64,000 bases of DNA, from the NCBI RefSeq assembly GCF_902652985.1, contig NC_047028.1, positions 23,870,001 to 23,934,000 on the forward strand. Reading direction: 5' to 3'. The notes below the pieces were generated by a model. It searched no databases. It was not told the origin of the DNA and saw only the letters and a list, made by a program, of their open reading frames with translations. Made by a program: the position numbers and the translations under genes. The stretch is from Pecten maximus. Its lineage: Eukaryota. Positions 26,876 through 40,900 of this stretch are shown here, one piece after another (positions within the stretch are counted from its first letter, which is position 1; every line of letters begins with the position of its first letter).

Positions 26876-29269
26876 TGATTTGTGACATCACGTGTAACAT
26901 ATGAAAATAACAAAAAGAAATAAACAATTTCATGTCTGATAATGATAATTTGTTTGATATGTTTAAATCTTTATAAATTTATCACATGATTACTGCGTTA
27001 TTGAATGAACGCACCGATAGCAAAAGTTGTCTTGTATGCAAAAGCGTCATTAAACTGAAGGAATTTTCTTCACATACTTGCAGATAACCATATGAAGTAG
27101 CATTGGACACTGGCTAATGAATCGTAATTCGGGTTCATTTCATATGAATTAAAAAAAACTGATTCGTTTCAACTGTAATGTTATTGATGGTAAATGGGAA
27201 TCTAACCTCGAATGTTGTCCTTCGGAATGTACGTTGATCCGGGGTCAGGTGTTCGGTAAGCTCGCCGTGCACGTTAAAGATCCTCTTCTGTATTCGTAGG
27301 CTTATTGCTAGCCGCCACAAAGTCTAGTTATATATAGGTCTAGATTAGGTTTATGCACGTATTAAGGCAATTCAGTGACACTCCTAAATCATGGACTCTT
27401 CATCAAGTACTGTTAATCAAGATCGGGGGAAAATCGACGTCCAAACATGTTCGTAATATGAATATAAAAAAATTGAAACAAGAAGAAAAGAGAATGAAAG
27501 AACCTCAGGATGAAAAAAGAAATAATGTTTAATGTGTAAGCATCTTCCGCTATTTTGTCGATACCGCCACGTTGATCTAATTGGTTTCCAAGATGCTAAT
27601 GTGCCTTATTATGTTTTACAACAGGGCCAAACTATGAGCATAAGACTCAAATTGCATTCCCTTGTTCCAACATGATACAATAGCTTTAAAAATAGCAATT
27701 ACATGATCCTGTTATTTCGAATATTTTACTGATAAAATAAACGCCAAAGTGTTATTTCTCTATCTCTCTCTCTATTTCTCTATATTTCAATTTATTCCTT
27801 CCTTGTAGCGAATACTTGACCCTGGTGTTATGAAATCAACAACTTTTTAGGAAGCAAATGGTGTTCTTTATATCGAAGAAGAGTCTTTGATTGTACGTTT
27901 CTACTTTTCGACGCCTACCTGCAATAGGGCAGATATGTTTCCATGAAAAACGTTGTATTATGTATGTCTACATGACATATCTGAAGATAATCATTGTGGT
28001 TTAAGAAAGCCTTGACAGAGATAATCACATGCCTGCAGGGAAAAATCAAACATGATGACGACATACGGGAAAATGTTCATAAACTCTAGATCACATGTGT
28101 ATAACTAGTAATTGGCATTTCAAAAGATCAAATGAGCATCTCAAAAGCAACAGAGAACATCAATATTATAATGGAAACGTAATTTGAACTAAAAAAGAAG
28201 GACGAAGATCTGATAACGATTGTACTGTCATTTCTTTTCAAACTTCCCCCAATAAAAGGATAGAAAAACTTATAAAAAGATAGTAGGAAATCAAAAACAA
28301 AGTCAAATACATTTAGGAAATCGAGCTTAACGAATCCCCCCTCCCCCGATAACAGTAAATAATGACGATAATGATATAAACAACTTCTTAAAAACACGGT
28401 GCTAATCGTATTTTATGAACACATGTTAAAATTTGGAAAAAATACTCTAACCTTTCAAGTTCTAGTGCACGGTTTCGGTATTTGACCCCAAAACGGAAAT
28501 TCACTCAAAATGTTATCCTGTCACTAATATTTGCCGTTTACATATAAATGGCTGGATAAAGAGGAAAAGGAGATGATGATATCAATGCATCTTGATAAAA
28601 ATTCAAGAACTGAAATACAGTGCCCTAAATCGACCGGAAGCTTCATTTGTACAGACTAACGATACAGGCAGGTCACGGTCGAGTTTCTTAGGAATGCAAT
28701 CGATGCAATCGATTTTATTTCATTTTGAATTTAAAAGAAGATGGCGGATGTCGTCGATGAAGCAGAAGACGCCTACTCTCGCTCCGAACACGACCAAGTG
28801 CTCCCTCGTTAAATTAATTTTGAGTTTGAATTATTGTTCGATTATTATGTTCGCTTTGTTTATTGTTTTTGTTCTGAAACAAGAAAAATGATTAAAAACA
28901 GTGAAATATAGCCTATATACGTTGAACGGCAAAATACGTTACACAAATGTAATTGAAAGACGTTTGTCACGTGACTGAGGTAATGGCTACACGCACCTGA
29001 GAGAGCTCCTCGACGAAATGTGGTGTTTCTAATTATTTCTGAGTAACCTACAACGGGAAAGTTGACAAACCACGCACAAAAACATGACTATGTTTTAGTG
29101 TTGTATTCAACTGACAACATATTTGTGATATATGCTGGAAATACGAGTTTAACAACAACGGCCACAGCTGGAATGTGAGTACTATTTCACCTGTACTATC
29201 GTACCTGTATACCTTTGTACGTGTGCATGTTCATCTACACACACACATATTAGCCGTCCGCTATAGCCC

Positions 29270-30130
29270 ATGGCCAGCTCTTCTGCCACCCCTGTAGTAT
29301 CGAAACGCAAAATTGAAGACATTATCAGTCCAGAGTCATATAACGCCACTTTACCTTTATCTTCACGTAGAAGGTCTCTACCAGATATACCAAAAATGGA
29401 CACCCTAACCACTACCCAAGGCGAACCCATCAATCTGTCTCAACCAATTCATGACGTTGTATCTTCATCTGACTTTATCAGTGAATTGGTTCCCAAATTA
29501 GCTAAAGAGTTAGGGTCTACCATTAGGAAACAGATAACTGAAGCAATGTCTCCCTTCACCGAACAAATTCAAACTTTAACTGACAAACTTGAAACTGTCA
29601 CAAAATCCAACGATTTCCTACAGGGGAAAGTTACAGTCCTTGAAAATACAGTGAGAGATCTCGAGTCCTCACTGGAGAACTTAGAGCAATATGGTAGGCG
29701 CACCAGTCTCAGATTCCACGGAGTAACCCTGGCTGATAGTGAAAAACAAGTCACCGACGACAAAGTTGTTGAAATCTGTAGGAAAATTGGCGTTAATTTA
29801 TCTAAAGATGACATTAACAGGTCACACACAATTGGTGAAATCCGTCACGGGAAGGCCCAAATCATTTGCCGATTCCGCAACTGGAAATTAAAAAACCAGG
29901 TATACCAAGCGAGAACCCAATTAAAAAATCTGCAGTCAAACAGTGCGCGTGTATTCGTAACGGAAGATCTGACCCGAATTCGTCAAAAAATCATCAGTGG
30001 CCTGGCGAGAGCAAAGCGAGAGCGAAAGATCCACTCATTCTGGACCAACGACGGTCGGATATTTTACAGAACCCAGCACGACTCCCCAAAAGTACTAGTC
30101 AAACAGTACGACGACATCGCCAACCTGTAA
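29270..30130 (+). CDS. LINE ORF1 protein (coiled coil + RRM-like + C-terminal domain)
   Basis: Heptad-rich segment followed by LEQYGRRTSLRFHGV, IICRF, VFVTEDLT and WTNDGRIFY motifs typical of L1-type ORF1p found in CR1/L2 elements. Confidence 0.85.
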   Translation: MASSSATPVVSKRKIEDIISPESYNATLPLSSRRRSLPDIPKMDTLTTTQGEPINLSQPIHDVVSSSDFISELVPKLAKELGSTIRKQITEAMSPFTEQIQTLTDKLETVTKSNDFLQGKVTVLENTVRDLESSLENLEQYGRRTSLRFHGVTLADSEKQVTDDKVVEICRKIGVNLSKDDINRSHTIGEIRHGKAQIICRFRNWKLKNQVYQARTQLKNLQSNSARVFVTEDLTRIRQKIISGLARAKRERKIHSFWTNDGRIFYRTQHDSPKVLVKQYDDIANL

Positions 30131-32373
30131 CTTTTAACTCTAAACTGTAAAACTCCAAAAACTGAACTTGTATATAATATTAAACCATGTACTATGTTTA
30201 CTATGTGTACTATTTAAACTTATAAGTGTATTGCCTAGTAACTACAGATATAACTCACAAAATACTGTCATACACTAACGAGCATTACCATTATATGTTC
30301 TTAGGATTTTTTACAGATGACATGTAAAAACAGTTTTTTTATCACCTGTAAATTGTTAATAACAACGTAATAGGGTAAAAAGTGCGTGAATCATTATTTT
30401 TACACAACTATACTTTTCTTTTGTAGTCAAATTACACATTATACCATGCTAACGAGGTTATTCTGTTTGATATTTGTTACCAATTAACAACAATTATACC
30501 TAAACCAGTAATATAATTTCAAACGCCGAATGCCTATTTGAATTACTGAAATGATGCTAATGTGTTTATAAGTATACACCTGAATATGATGTTATGAACA
30601 TGTACAAGCATATAATATAGTATACTTTGAATACTGAATATGAGGTCAAAATGAATATGTACATTTGTACAATGTTTGATAGTATATATACAAACATATA
30701 ATATAGTCTACTTGGACTGCTGAATACGATGTTAAAATGAATATGTACACTGAACAGTAGTATATATGCGTATCATATATAATTATATATGATTTATAAT
30801 TTATATTGTATATCAAAATACGGTGTATGTCACCGGTGCTTAATTTTTGTACACTATAATAGGTGATATCTATATACCCAAGGTAACACATTTTACTTCT
30901 GTACTCTAAGTACGTATTTTATCATGCAGGACATAAATGTTCCCCTTACAAAATTACAGGTAAAAAAACTACAAGTATACGCACATAGCACACGACACAA
31001 CGCACAGCTAATCGCTATTTTGAGTTTGTGTAATAAACTGATCGCGAATGGAATGTACACGTGCAATGTATGTTCGGTAGTCATGGTTGACTTGCGCTGT
31101 GTCGTAGAAATGTGTGTGACTTTAGCAGGTGTTGTCAACGATACTTGCTTGCAAATATACAGTTCATATTATTACAAAGTGATTATATATGAAGACTACA
31201 TGTTATTGCAGAAAACATACAAATAAAATGGACAAATGTAAAATAGTCCACTGATTATACTGAATAATGTATAAAAATGTACATGTATACGCATGTATAA
31301 TACATGTATAAAGTAATAATGACATATGTAACATGTGTAGAAGGATGTTCACCCAGTTTGTCACAGGTTTGTTCTTAGAACGCATGCTATATAAAAGGTA
31401 ATTACTATACCAATATATGATATACGATATGTTACATATGTATATACCAGCACATATTATGTAGTACTTATATAAGAACCTACAGTTTATATTTATGTGC
31501 GTATGTTCCATCTACGAAGTAGCTGTATACTGGAATGGTAAATAAAAGTCAAATTCGTATAGTGATACTTTACGATTTAACAAGTTATATATTATCCGAA
31601 CATAATCAGAATGTGACAAACTGTGAACATTAAAAATAAGTTAATATCAAATATAATATAGATAACAGTTATTATATACTAATAGGCACAACATTTTATT
31701 TTTCAATAGCAGTCTCTAAATTTGATAGTCATGGTAGCCTTACGATTTGTTGGGAAAATGTCCTGGATGTATACGCAATGCTTATATTCTTATTATGTTT
31801 ATAAACTACAGGCTGTTATTCACACACACACAAAAAACGTGACAGTACCGGCCAATTAAATAATAGTAATAAAATAAGACATGCTGTTACTGTGTTTTAA
31901 CATTTGCTTTTGGAATCTTAAACATACGTGTATAGTTGTATGAACCATCAAGTCTGAGAAGGTAACCATGGTTAACTTGAGTTATGATGTAAATTATGAT
32001 TTGTATTTGTGAAGTTGTTTGTAAATTAGAATGCTCACACTATTATTATGCACTTCTTCATAAATTTATATTGAACTTTGATGTCCCGATTGTAAGTATA
32101 TGTATGAACCACATGTAACATTTTGATAATTTTTGTTGCTTCAACGTTATTCTCCTCCTCTTATGTCTCTTTAGTTTGCTGTAAATACGTCTGTATGTTA
32201 TTTTCCTTGAATTCTCTGTCCCCAATCAACATTCTTCTATTCATTTCTATCTATAATCCGCCTTCTCACAAGTATACTCTGCAACCTGGCCATTTGAAAA
32301 TTGATATCGCTTTATTTCTTATGGAGTCCATTAGCAATCTCCTTGTCAAAACTCTATACTATTTCTATCCTCC

Positions 32374-35300
32374 ATGACAGGATGCTCTTTGTCTGCATGG
32401 AGATGTGCTATTGGACTACATTATTTTAAACAGTCTAGTTTAAAGTTAACCTACAGACTTAGCAACGATACATACTCATATCACGATCTTATTTATCTAA
32501 ACTTTACACTTTTGCCTATTTTTTTTACCCTTTTCATTTTTCTACATATTCATAAAAACCTTAACAATATTGCTACTGTACTGATTCTAATTCTACTCCT
32601 GTCTGGTGATATACATACAAACCCAGGACCAGCGGCTAGCTCATCCTCATCTAATACATCTGACACTGAATCGTTTTCTCACCCTGACAATTCACTTCAT
32701 ATAATGCATTTGAATATACGCAGTGTTAGAAATAAAATTGATTTCCTTGATAGCTTTACTGATGACATTAATATCTTGTGTTTAACAGAGACACATTTAG
32801 ATCCTTCAGTCCCTGATTCTGACCTTTCACTTGCAAACTTCACAACCATATTCAGAAAAGATAGGAACGCTTTTGGTGGTGGAATAATGATCTACACAAC
32901 TAATGAAGTGCTACCCAAACGCAGATTTGACCTTGAAGCCCAAAATGATGAAATAATGTGGATTGAATTTCAAATTGACAATAATAAATATCTCCTTTGT
33001 GTACTTTACAAACCCCCCTGGCAACATTCAAATTCAGGCATCTGGACAAGACTTAAACACTCCCTTGATCTAGCTTTTAATTACACTCCACATGTTCTAC
33101 TGACAGGCGATACTAACACTGATCTACTACTAGGTAATAACAACGATCTTAGCATACTTACCCAACTATATAATCTAACTAACATTGTCACCAGCCCAAC
33201 ACGGGTAACTAATACAAGTCAATCCCTAATCGACCCATTTTTCACTAGTGACTCTATCAGAACCGATCTATCCATGGTTATACCTGTTTTAGAAACCATA
33301 AGTGATCATAGAGCAGTTCTTGTCTCTATATCATCCCTTTGCTCAAACAAAATTCTTTTAAGCGAAAAATTTGGCTTTTTAACAGAGCAGATATTCTGAA
33401 CCTTAAAACTGAAGTTGCTCACGTAAACTGGAATAACCCTTTTTCCAATGTTGAAAATGTAAGTGAAAAAACTGATATCTTTACTAATACCCTTACTAGA
33501 ATTTTGGAAAAGCATATTCCTAAAAAAACTATTACTGTGAATAAAAATGACAAGCCATGGATGAACGGAGATCTACGAAAGGCAATAAAGCGTAGAAACA
33601 GACTAAGGAAACACTTTATAAGAGTTAAGTCACCACAATCTGAAATTAAATTCAAACGTGCAAGAAACAAAGTAAGTAACATGCTCAAACACGCTAAGGC
33701 TCTTTTCTACGAGAATACTGATGGACAAATAAATGATAAGTCAGCTAACCCTAGAACTTATTGGAAACTAATGCGCATGATGCTGAAAGGTAATACAATC
33801 TCTGATCTTCCTCCTTTGCTAAATCCAACAACTAACTGCCTTACTTCAGACAACTTTGAAAAATCAAATATTCTTAACAACTTTTTTCAATCTGTTTCTA
33901 ACCTGGACAACCCCGATGATGATACACCCTACTTTGAAACCCAGACTGACACATCCCTTTCCGAAATAATTATAACTGAACAAGAAGTGTCTGATACTAT
34001 CAATACTCTAGATACTAACAAAGCCGCTGGTCCCGACGGTATTAGCCATAAGATGTTAAAAATACTTACCCCGGAAATAGTTGCGCCGCTTACTCTTATA
34101 TTCAACGAATCTCTTCGTACTTCTGTATTTCCCGAATCATGGAAGCTTGCCTATGTCACTCCCATTTTCAAAAAAGGTGAACCTGAACTTGCTAATAACT
34201 ATAGACCCATCTCACTTCTTAGCTGTCTTGGAAAACTATTTGAACGCATTGTCCACAAGCACATCTACAACTATCTTTTTAGTAATGAACTTATCTATAA
34301 CTTACAGTCTGGCTTCCTACCTAACCACTCTACTACTCACCAACTAATCGAATTATATCACAACATACTTCTTGCCCTGGAGAATCATGAATATACTGCT
34401 ATTGTTTTTTGTGACTTTTCTAAAGCTTTCGACAGAGTTTGGCATAAGGGTCTCTTAATAAAACTAGAAAAATATGGGATAAAAGACAAACTTCTGGATT
34501 GGATAAAAAATTACTTAACAAACAGGCGTCAATCAGTTGTACTGCAAAATTCTATTTCTTCACAATTATCCATAAAAGCTGGAGTTCCTCAGGGATCAGT
34601 ATTAGGGCCACTTCTCTTCCTGGTTTATATTAATGATATCTCCAACACACTACTTTCTGTTACAAGACTATTTGCCGACGACACCGCACTAACACACTCT
34701 TCCAAAAATTTACTCGATGTTGAACAGGTAATAAACTTTGACATGGAACAAATGAATCTCTGGTCGAAAAAATGGTTAATGACTTTCAATCCCACTAAAA
34801 CGGAAATAATCATGATTCCTAATACCGCAATTCCTTCTAACCCTAAATTTCTTTTCGATAACACGCCGATCCCTATTGTAACCAGTCACAAACATCTAGG
34901 TGTAGTCCTTAACAGTGGCGGTACATGGAATACCCATATCGAAGACAATATAAACAGAACCATAAAATACATAGCAACTTTACGAAAATTAAAATACATT
35001 TTAAAAAGGAAAATTTAAGAAAAAATATACCTTGTTTTTATTAGACCACTTTTTGAGTATGCCTCTGAAGTATGGGACAACTGTAATGCCACTTTAACTA
35101 ACAAACTTGAGAATATGCAGTTCGAAGCTGGTCGAATCATAACCGGTTTACCTATCTTTACTAAGAAAGAGTTTATATATAGTGAACTAGGGTGGCAGTC
35201 ATTAGCTGATAGACGGAAAAATAGAAAATTGTGTATGTTTTATAATATTCGTAATGATAACTCTCCTTCTTTCCTAAAGTCCCTACTCCCACACACAGTG

Positions 35301-35837
35301 TCTAACTATACTAACTACAACCTAAGAAACAGAGATGACTATCAAAATCCTTACTATAGACTGCAAATTACAAAATCATCTTTTATCCCAAACACAACTA
35401 ATTCTTGGAACAACCTACCAACTGAAGCAAAATCATCGCAATCCATCAGACAATTTAAGACCTTTCTAACTCACCAAGATACTAATCCACCACAAATTCA
35501 ACAATTCCTTGAATATGGTTCAAGAAAAGCCAATATTTTACATTGTCAATTACGTAATCGCTGTAGTCCTTTAAAGCACGACCTTCATAAAGCCCATCTT
35601 TCAGAAAACGCTATCTGTGACTGTGGACACTATTGCGAAAAGTCTTCCCACTTCTTCCTACACTGTAAAAACCATGAACAGTCCCGTAACAAAATGATTG
35701 ATTCCTTGAACTGGTATAACAGAATCACCGTAGAACATCTTTTGTCTGGGGACCCAAATCTAGACACTAACCATAATATTCTTATCTGTAGGTCTGTACA
35801 AACGTTTATTCTAGATTCCAAAAGATTCAACATATAG
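32374..35837 (+). pseudogene. LINE ORF2 (APE endonuclease + reverse transcriptase + C-terminal zinc knuckle), disrupted
   Basis: APE motifs HLNIRS, LTETHL, GDTN, SDH; RT motifs YRPISLL, DFSKAFD, GVPQGSVLGP, LFADDT; C-terminal CDC..H...C. One frameshift near 33340 and an in-frame TAA at 35016-35018 (reads on as EKIYLVFIRPLFEYASEVW). Confidence 0.9.
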
Positions 35838-37537
35838 TATCTACTTGCTTGTTTCTACTAATAAGATATCTACCATTTGTATCAAAAGCCGGGTTGTTAG
35901 TGCTATTCTTATGTTTCTTCCTTTCTTTTTTCTCCTTACTGTTTTCTCCCTTTTCAATTATTTTTTTAATAAATCTAAACCTCTTTTTCGAACACCATAA
36001 GTATATCATAAGTATCCTAAAGTATCATTTAAATCATATTACTTTATCACGAAATTACATATATAGACTGCATCGTGTTTCAGTGGTCCTGCCGGCGAAG
36101 TAAGGTTAAGTAATTAGGTATTCCATGGAGTGATCAAAGATGGACAACGTCAGACTGGAGAAAGCTTCTAAGCACAGGATGTGACGAACTCTTAGAAAGT
36201 AGAAGGATCGGAGTGTATGAACAGTAGTGTTTTACTTGCGCCGTCAGGGCCACTGAAACCTCTTGCATGTATAAACGATAAACATTATATCATACTTGGT
36301 GTTCACAATCTATTTCGCTGCTTTACATTTTCCAACCTTTTGTTTAAAAGAAAGTTTAATAATTATGTCACGTGAAACATTGTATATACACATTTGTTAC
36401 GGAAAGGACGTTGGTAAGTTGCATAACTTTTGTCCAATCCATTTGCCATTATGCAATAAAATTGATTTAAACTAAACGTTTCTTTCTATACTCCATACCG
36501 TTATGAGGGGATCTTTTGTTTAATACACATATATCATGTAGTCTTTGGAAATTGTGCAATTAAGTAACTGGAAAGGTTAGCTATTAAAGTTTTTGTAGTC
36601 TAATGAGCAAAGCAGTGATAAAACAGGTGATCAAATCATACCATATAGTGTATCAAACCAAGCCAAATATAATGCGACTGCATTGAACTTTAACTGCCGA
36701 CCAGATATGAATCTTGGATTATATAATAGTATATGTCATAAGCCCATCACATCTACGACTTATAGACTCCTGTCTATATATCCTATAAGTTAATATTAAA
36801 GTAAAATATAATAGTACGTGTACGATTCAATTCATGGTTACGTGAAGTTAAAGGTAGAAGGCTGCTGGCTCGAAACAATTTCCCAAAATAACATGTATGT
36901 AATATGTAAATTTATTGATAATAATGCAAATAGAACAGCTTTTCCAGTTGTGATCCAACCGTCTCAAGCTCGTGATAACAAACACATTCTAGAGAAGAGC
37001 GACTCTTTTGTAAAACAGGACGAATTGTGCGAGGATATCACATATCATGGAAACCATTCCTGTGAACGTAACATCATATATGAGCCGCCGGCTGGCATTT
37101 AGGTCCTTAAGGCATAAAAAATCAAAATTGAGGTTTTGGTATTTTCATAATCTAGAGATAATGGCGGTTAAATTGGTGTAAAAATAGTTTTGGTGTGTCA
37201 ATAACGGACGATTTGACGCTACATTGAATATATGTCGCATTTGGTATGCTAGATGACGTTGGCGTTACTAACGACGTCATTTTACCAGTGCCATTTTTGA
37301 CGTCATTTTTTGCAACGTCATTTATCACAGACAGTTGCATAATGCTTTGCTGTTACAGGTCTTGAATTGAAGACTGTTATTTTGTAATTGTTATTATATC
37401 TATAGTCATTTAAAAAGAAAAAAGTCCTTTTTCAGTTGTCATGATTCATTTATTTACAAGGATAAAATTTGTGATTCACATATCAACTTGAACACAAACA
37501 TGTATCTTGCAATAAACAGGTAACATCCCTTGTAATT

Positions 37538-37734
37538 ACACACAAAAACAATCAGTCACATCCCTTACACACAAAAACAATCAGTCACATCCCTTACATA
37601 CAAAAACAATCAGTCACATCTCGTACATACAAAAACAATCAGTCACATCCCTTACATACAAAAACAATCAGTCACATCCCTTACCTAATACAAAAACAAT
37701 CAGTCACATCCCTTACCTAATACAAATAACAATC
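37538..37734. repeat. 29-bp minisatellite (~6.5 copies) inside the Sola2 element
   Basis: acacacaaaaacaatcagtcacatccctt repeated in tandem. Confidence 0.9.
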
Positions 37735-37960
37735 AATTTATATTTTATTTGGTAGAAACAGATTGCAAAGTGAACTCCAGGACTCCATCAGGATTATATT
37801 GTTACAATTAATTACATGTAGTGTAAGAAGATAAAACATTTATTTTGAAATTGTATTTAACTGTATCCTAACAAGCAATGCTCATTTCATAATATATAAA
37901 AAAAGCATGAGTACAGTATTTAAGATTTCATCAATAACAATTTTGATCTCAACTTTCAGT

Positions 37961-40900
37961 TCATTCTTCTGTGTGGGTGGGTCTAGAGGTGGGCTCTGGG
38001 ACAGTGGGCAGGGGACATAGAAGGTCCTTAGACGGATCCTTTACAAAAGGCCTGATATTTTTGTACAGGTACCATGCACGTTCTGCGGAAAAACCTTTTG
38101 CCTCCAGTCTCACTGGCAAACCCTGTGGAATAATCTTTCCCCTCTTCACAAGCCTCACTGGCGTTGTCTCCCCGTCAACACCTTTATTAACAGTAACCAT
38201 TCCTGAAAGAAAGAAACAGGAATGGCATGTTGTAATTGAACTTAGTTTTGAAAGGGATACACATAAAAATCAAAAAGAACCTGTACAAAACCATTTTATT
38301 TTTTAATCGGATAAAAATTCTGCATGCCCCACATACCAAATACATCATTAGAATCAGACTCATAAATCTAGTGGAATTACCCATGGAGGTAATTGATAAT
38401 GAAAGCGCAGTACATTATATAAATTAAATGGATTGAAATATGTAAATATAGCAGTACATGTACCTGAAGTGGTGGAAGCAAAGTGAAAGTGATGGTATTT
38501 CCCAATACCAGGAACCGCTCTAAATACAGGTTTGAAGAATTGTTTCCAGTCTCTCCAGATCCACGAATTTGGTGACATCTCACTGTATAAATCTGCCTGG
38601 TTATGTGTGGATGAAGCATGAATTGTCATCTTCAGGTCAGACAAACTATCCACATCATTGCGTCTGATTTTCCTTCGGGCAATACCAAACATCCCATCCA
38701 CAAGACAACGGGCATGATATGGCTTCATGAAATGTAAATGGATGTCATCATGACATCTTGTGACAACCTGAATCATAAAAAAATAAAATTAGGTTCATTG
38801 TATAAAGCAGTGTAAGAAGCTGTATTATTAAGTTTATTATATTACTGGCCTGCTTTCTACTAGCATGTCAAAAATAAGACACCTGTATAATAACACTATT
38901 GTGACTTCACAATTACAAAATTTTGGAGAAATCGGAGATGAGTGGGTATCAACATTCAACAGCTTCAAAAATATGTAACTTATGTCATAATGATTATGTA
39001 ATGTTGAATAATTGTTTCAGTACAAAGAAACATACAGCCTTCTCCTTATATTTGCATAACTACCAGTTTTGTGATAAACAGAAACTTACACTGCTGACTT
39101 TTTTGAATGAATTCAGTTCAACTTGGCAAATGATCTTAACTGATGTGCCACACTCCTTTAAGGTGTTTTCTTAACTCAACAACAAATATTCCATACCTGA
39201 TTCTTATTTTGGCCACCACAATTGTCTGCATTCAAGTACACAGTTTTTTCTCCTTCCCCATGGTATTCGAAGAAGTGGTGCAACATAGATACAACAGCAT
39301 TGGCCGAGTGGCTCTGGGCACCATCCAGACCAATGGACTGATCCTCGCCAAACAAATAATTTGTTTGCAGGGACCGACCATCATTGCAAATACCAAATAG
39401 ATTAGCTTTATATGGTGACCTGAAAGAAAAAGCTGTACAATATCAGAGAAGCATGGTGTTCAAGATCATTTCTTTTAATTTCAATCGGATATTTTTTTAT
39501 TCTGATATTCAAGATTGAAACTTTACATCTTTAATACATGAATTACATTTTATGAAATATGATCCAATACTACAGAGATTTAATGGTTTTAAATGTAACC
39601 TGTTTTACCTACTGCTTCTCCCTTTTAACAGACTTAAATTGTTTTTTACCTGAAGTACAAAGCTCCTTCCTGTCTGCAATGACTGGGCAGAAGTACACTT
39701 TGAGCATAATCAAATGTGTAGTGGACATCATTTAGGTCCATGGAAGTTGGAGGAACAGGAACAGTAGACTTTGGATGACCCTGAAGACCTGCAATAGCAG
39801 CATGACATTTTTGTCGATAGTGGTCTCTCTCCTTTTGGGCTGATGAAATGTGTTCTGCAAAGTCTGTGCTAGCCCCCATTTTATCTGCCTCAGTGATGGC
39901 CTAGATACAATATATGTACAAAAATTTTATCTTAACATGTCATCAAAATGTTCTATATACATTGTACATACAAAATGTATATAATGAACCTATAAAAATG
40001 TATAACAAGATGTTTAAAGCAATAAAAGTTTTCTTTGTAATTTTACTAATAAATTCATACCATTATTGTTATGAATGAATATGAATGTAGAATTATTACA
40101 ATATCACTATCTGTTTATCTAAAATTAGAACTCAAATATATTAAGATATTTTGGTTTTAATGTCCATGGATATTAAATTAGACTTGTTTTGATTAGGTTC
40201 TTACCTTCTGTATCCGATTCCTAAAGGATTCACATTTGTGACATACATCTGTCTTGCAGGACATGAACTGGATGTGTGGGAGACACTGGTGCTATATTCT
40301 TCTGAAAGTGGTCTCAGATAGGCATCGGTTTTCTGTTTCACTGTTGAAAATAGATATGTCACTAGATCATAAAATTGGAGTGTGACGATTATAAACAATA
40401 CTAAAACCAAATAATTCAATGTCATTTCCAAAGTTTGAAATATATTATTTTCATTTTAACAAATAATTTGGACAAATTCTAAGATATCTAGTGATGGAAG
40501 ATAATTTATTAGTAGCTTGTTTGTGTTTATAATTAAAGCATACATAGTTAAAAAAAAATATTCTTATAGCTAAACCAATTTATAAAGGCATTATTTCAAA
40601 TGTTTTATGATTATAAATTAAATGTATCTGAAGACAATATTTAATTCATAACAGTGAAAATTGACACTGGTTTATCATGGATTGCTGTATGAATTGATTA
40701 CCAAGTACTTTTTTCATTATGAGGATAATACTTACATACATACTTGGCTGTATTTCTTATGGACAGATAGATAGGTTTCACTTCCAGGTAAATATATTGG
40801 TGGAAAGCTGTCCCGTCCACGTGGTGCAGCAGGTTGGGGCAATCCCATCTCATCTGCATACCTAACATATAAATGTAACTGCATTAAAAAATAATTAACA

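Larger units (their letters stand above)
28966..36475 (+). mobile_element. Full-length CR1/L2-clade non-LTR retrotransposon (7510 bp)
   Basis: Empty site visible in unit 1 (gacgttt|ctttc near 16327). 6-bp TSD acgttt at 28960-28965 and 36476-36481. Contains ORF1 and an APE-RT ORF2; 3' hairpin aagtt-gcat-aactt and AATAAA. Confidence 0.92.

Noticed and set aside
29182-35833. Antisense and alternate-frame ORFs within the LINE
   Set aside because: Shadows of ORF1/ORF2 or chance ORFs in the AT-rich spacer.
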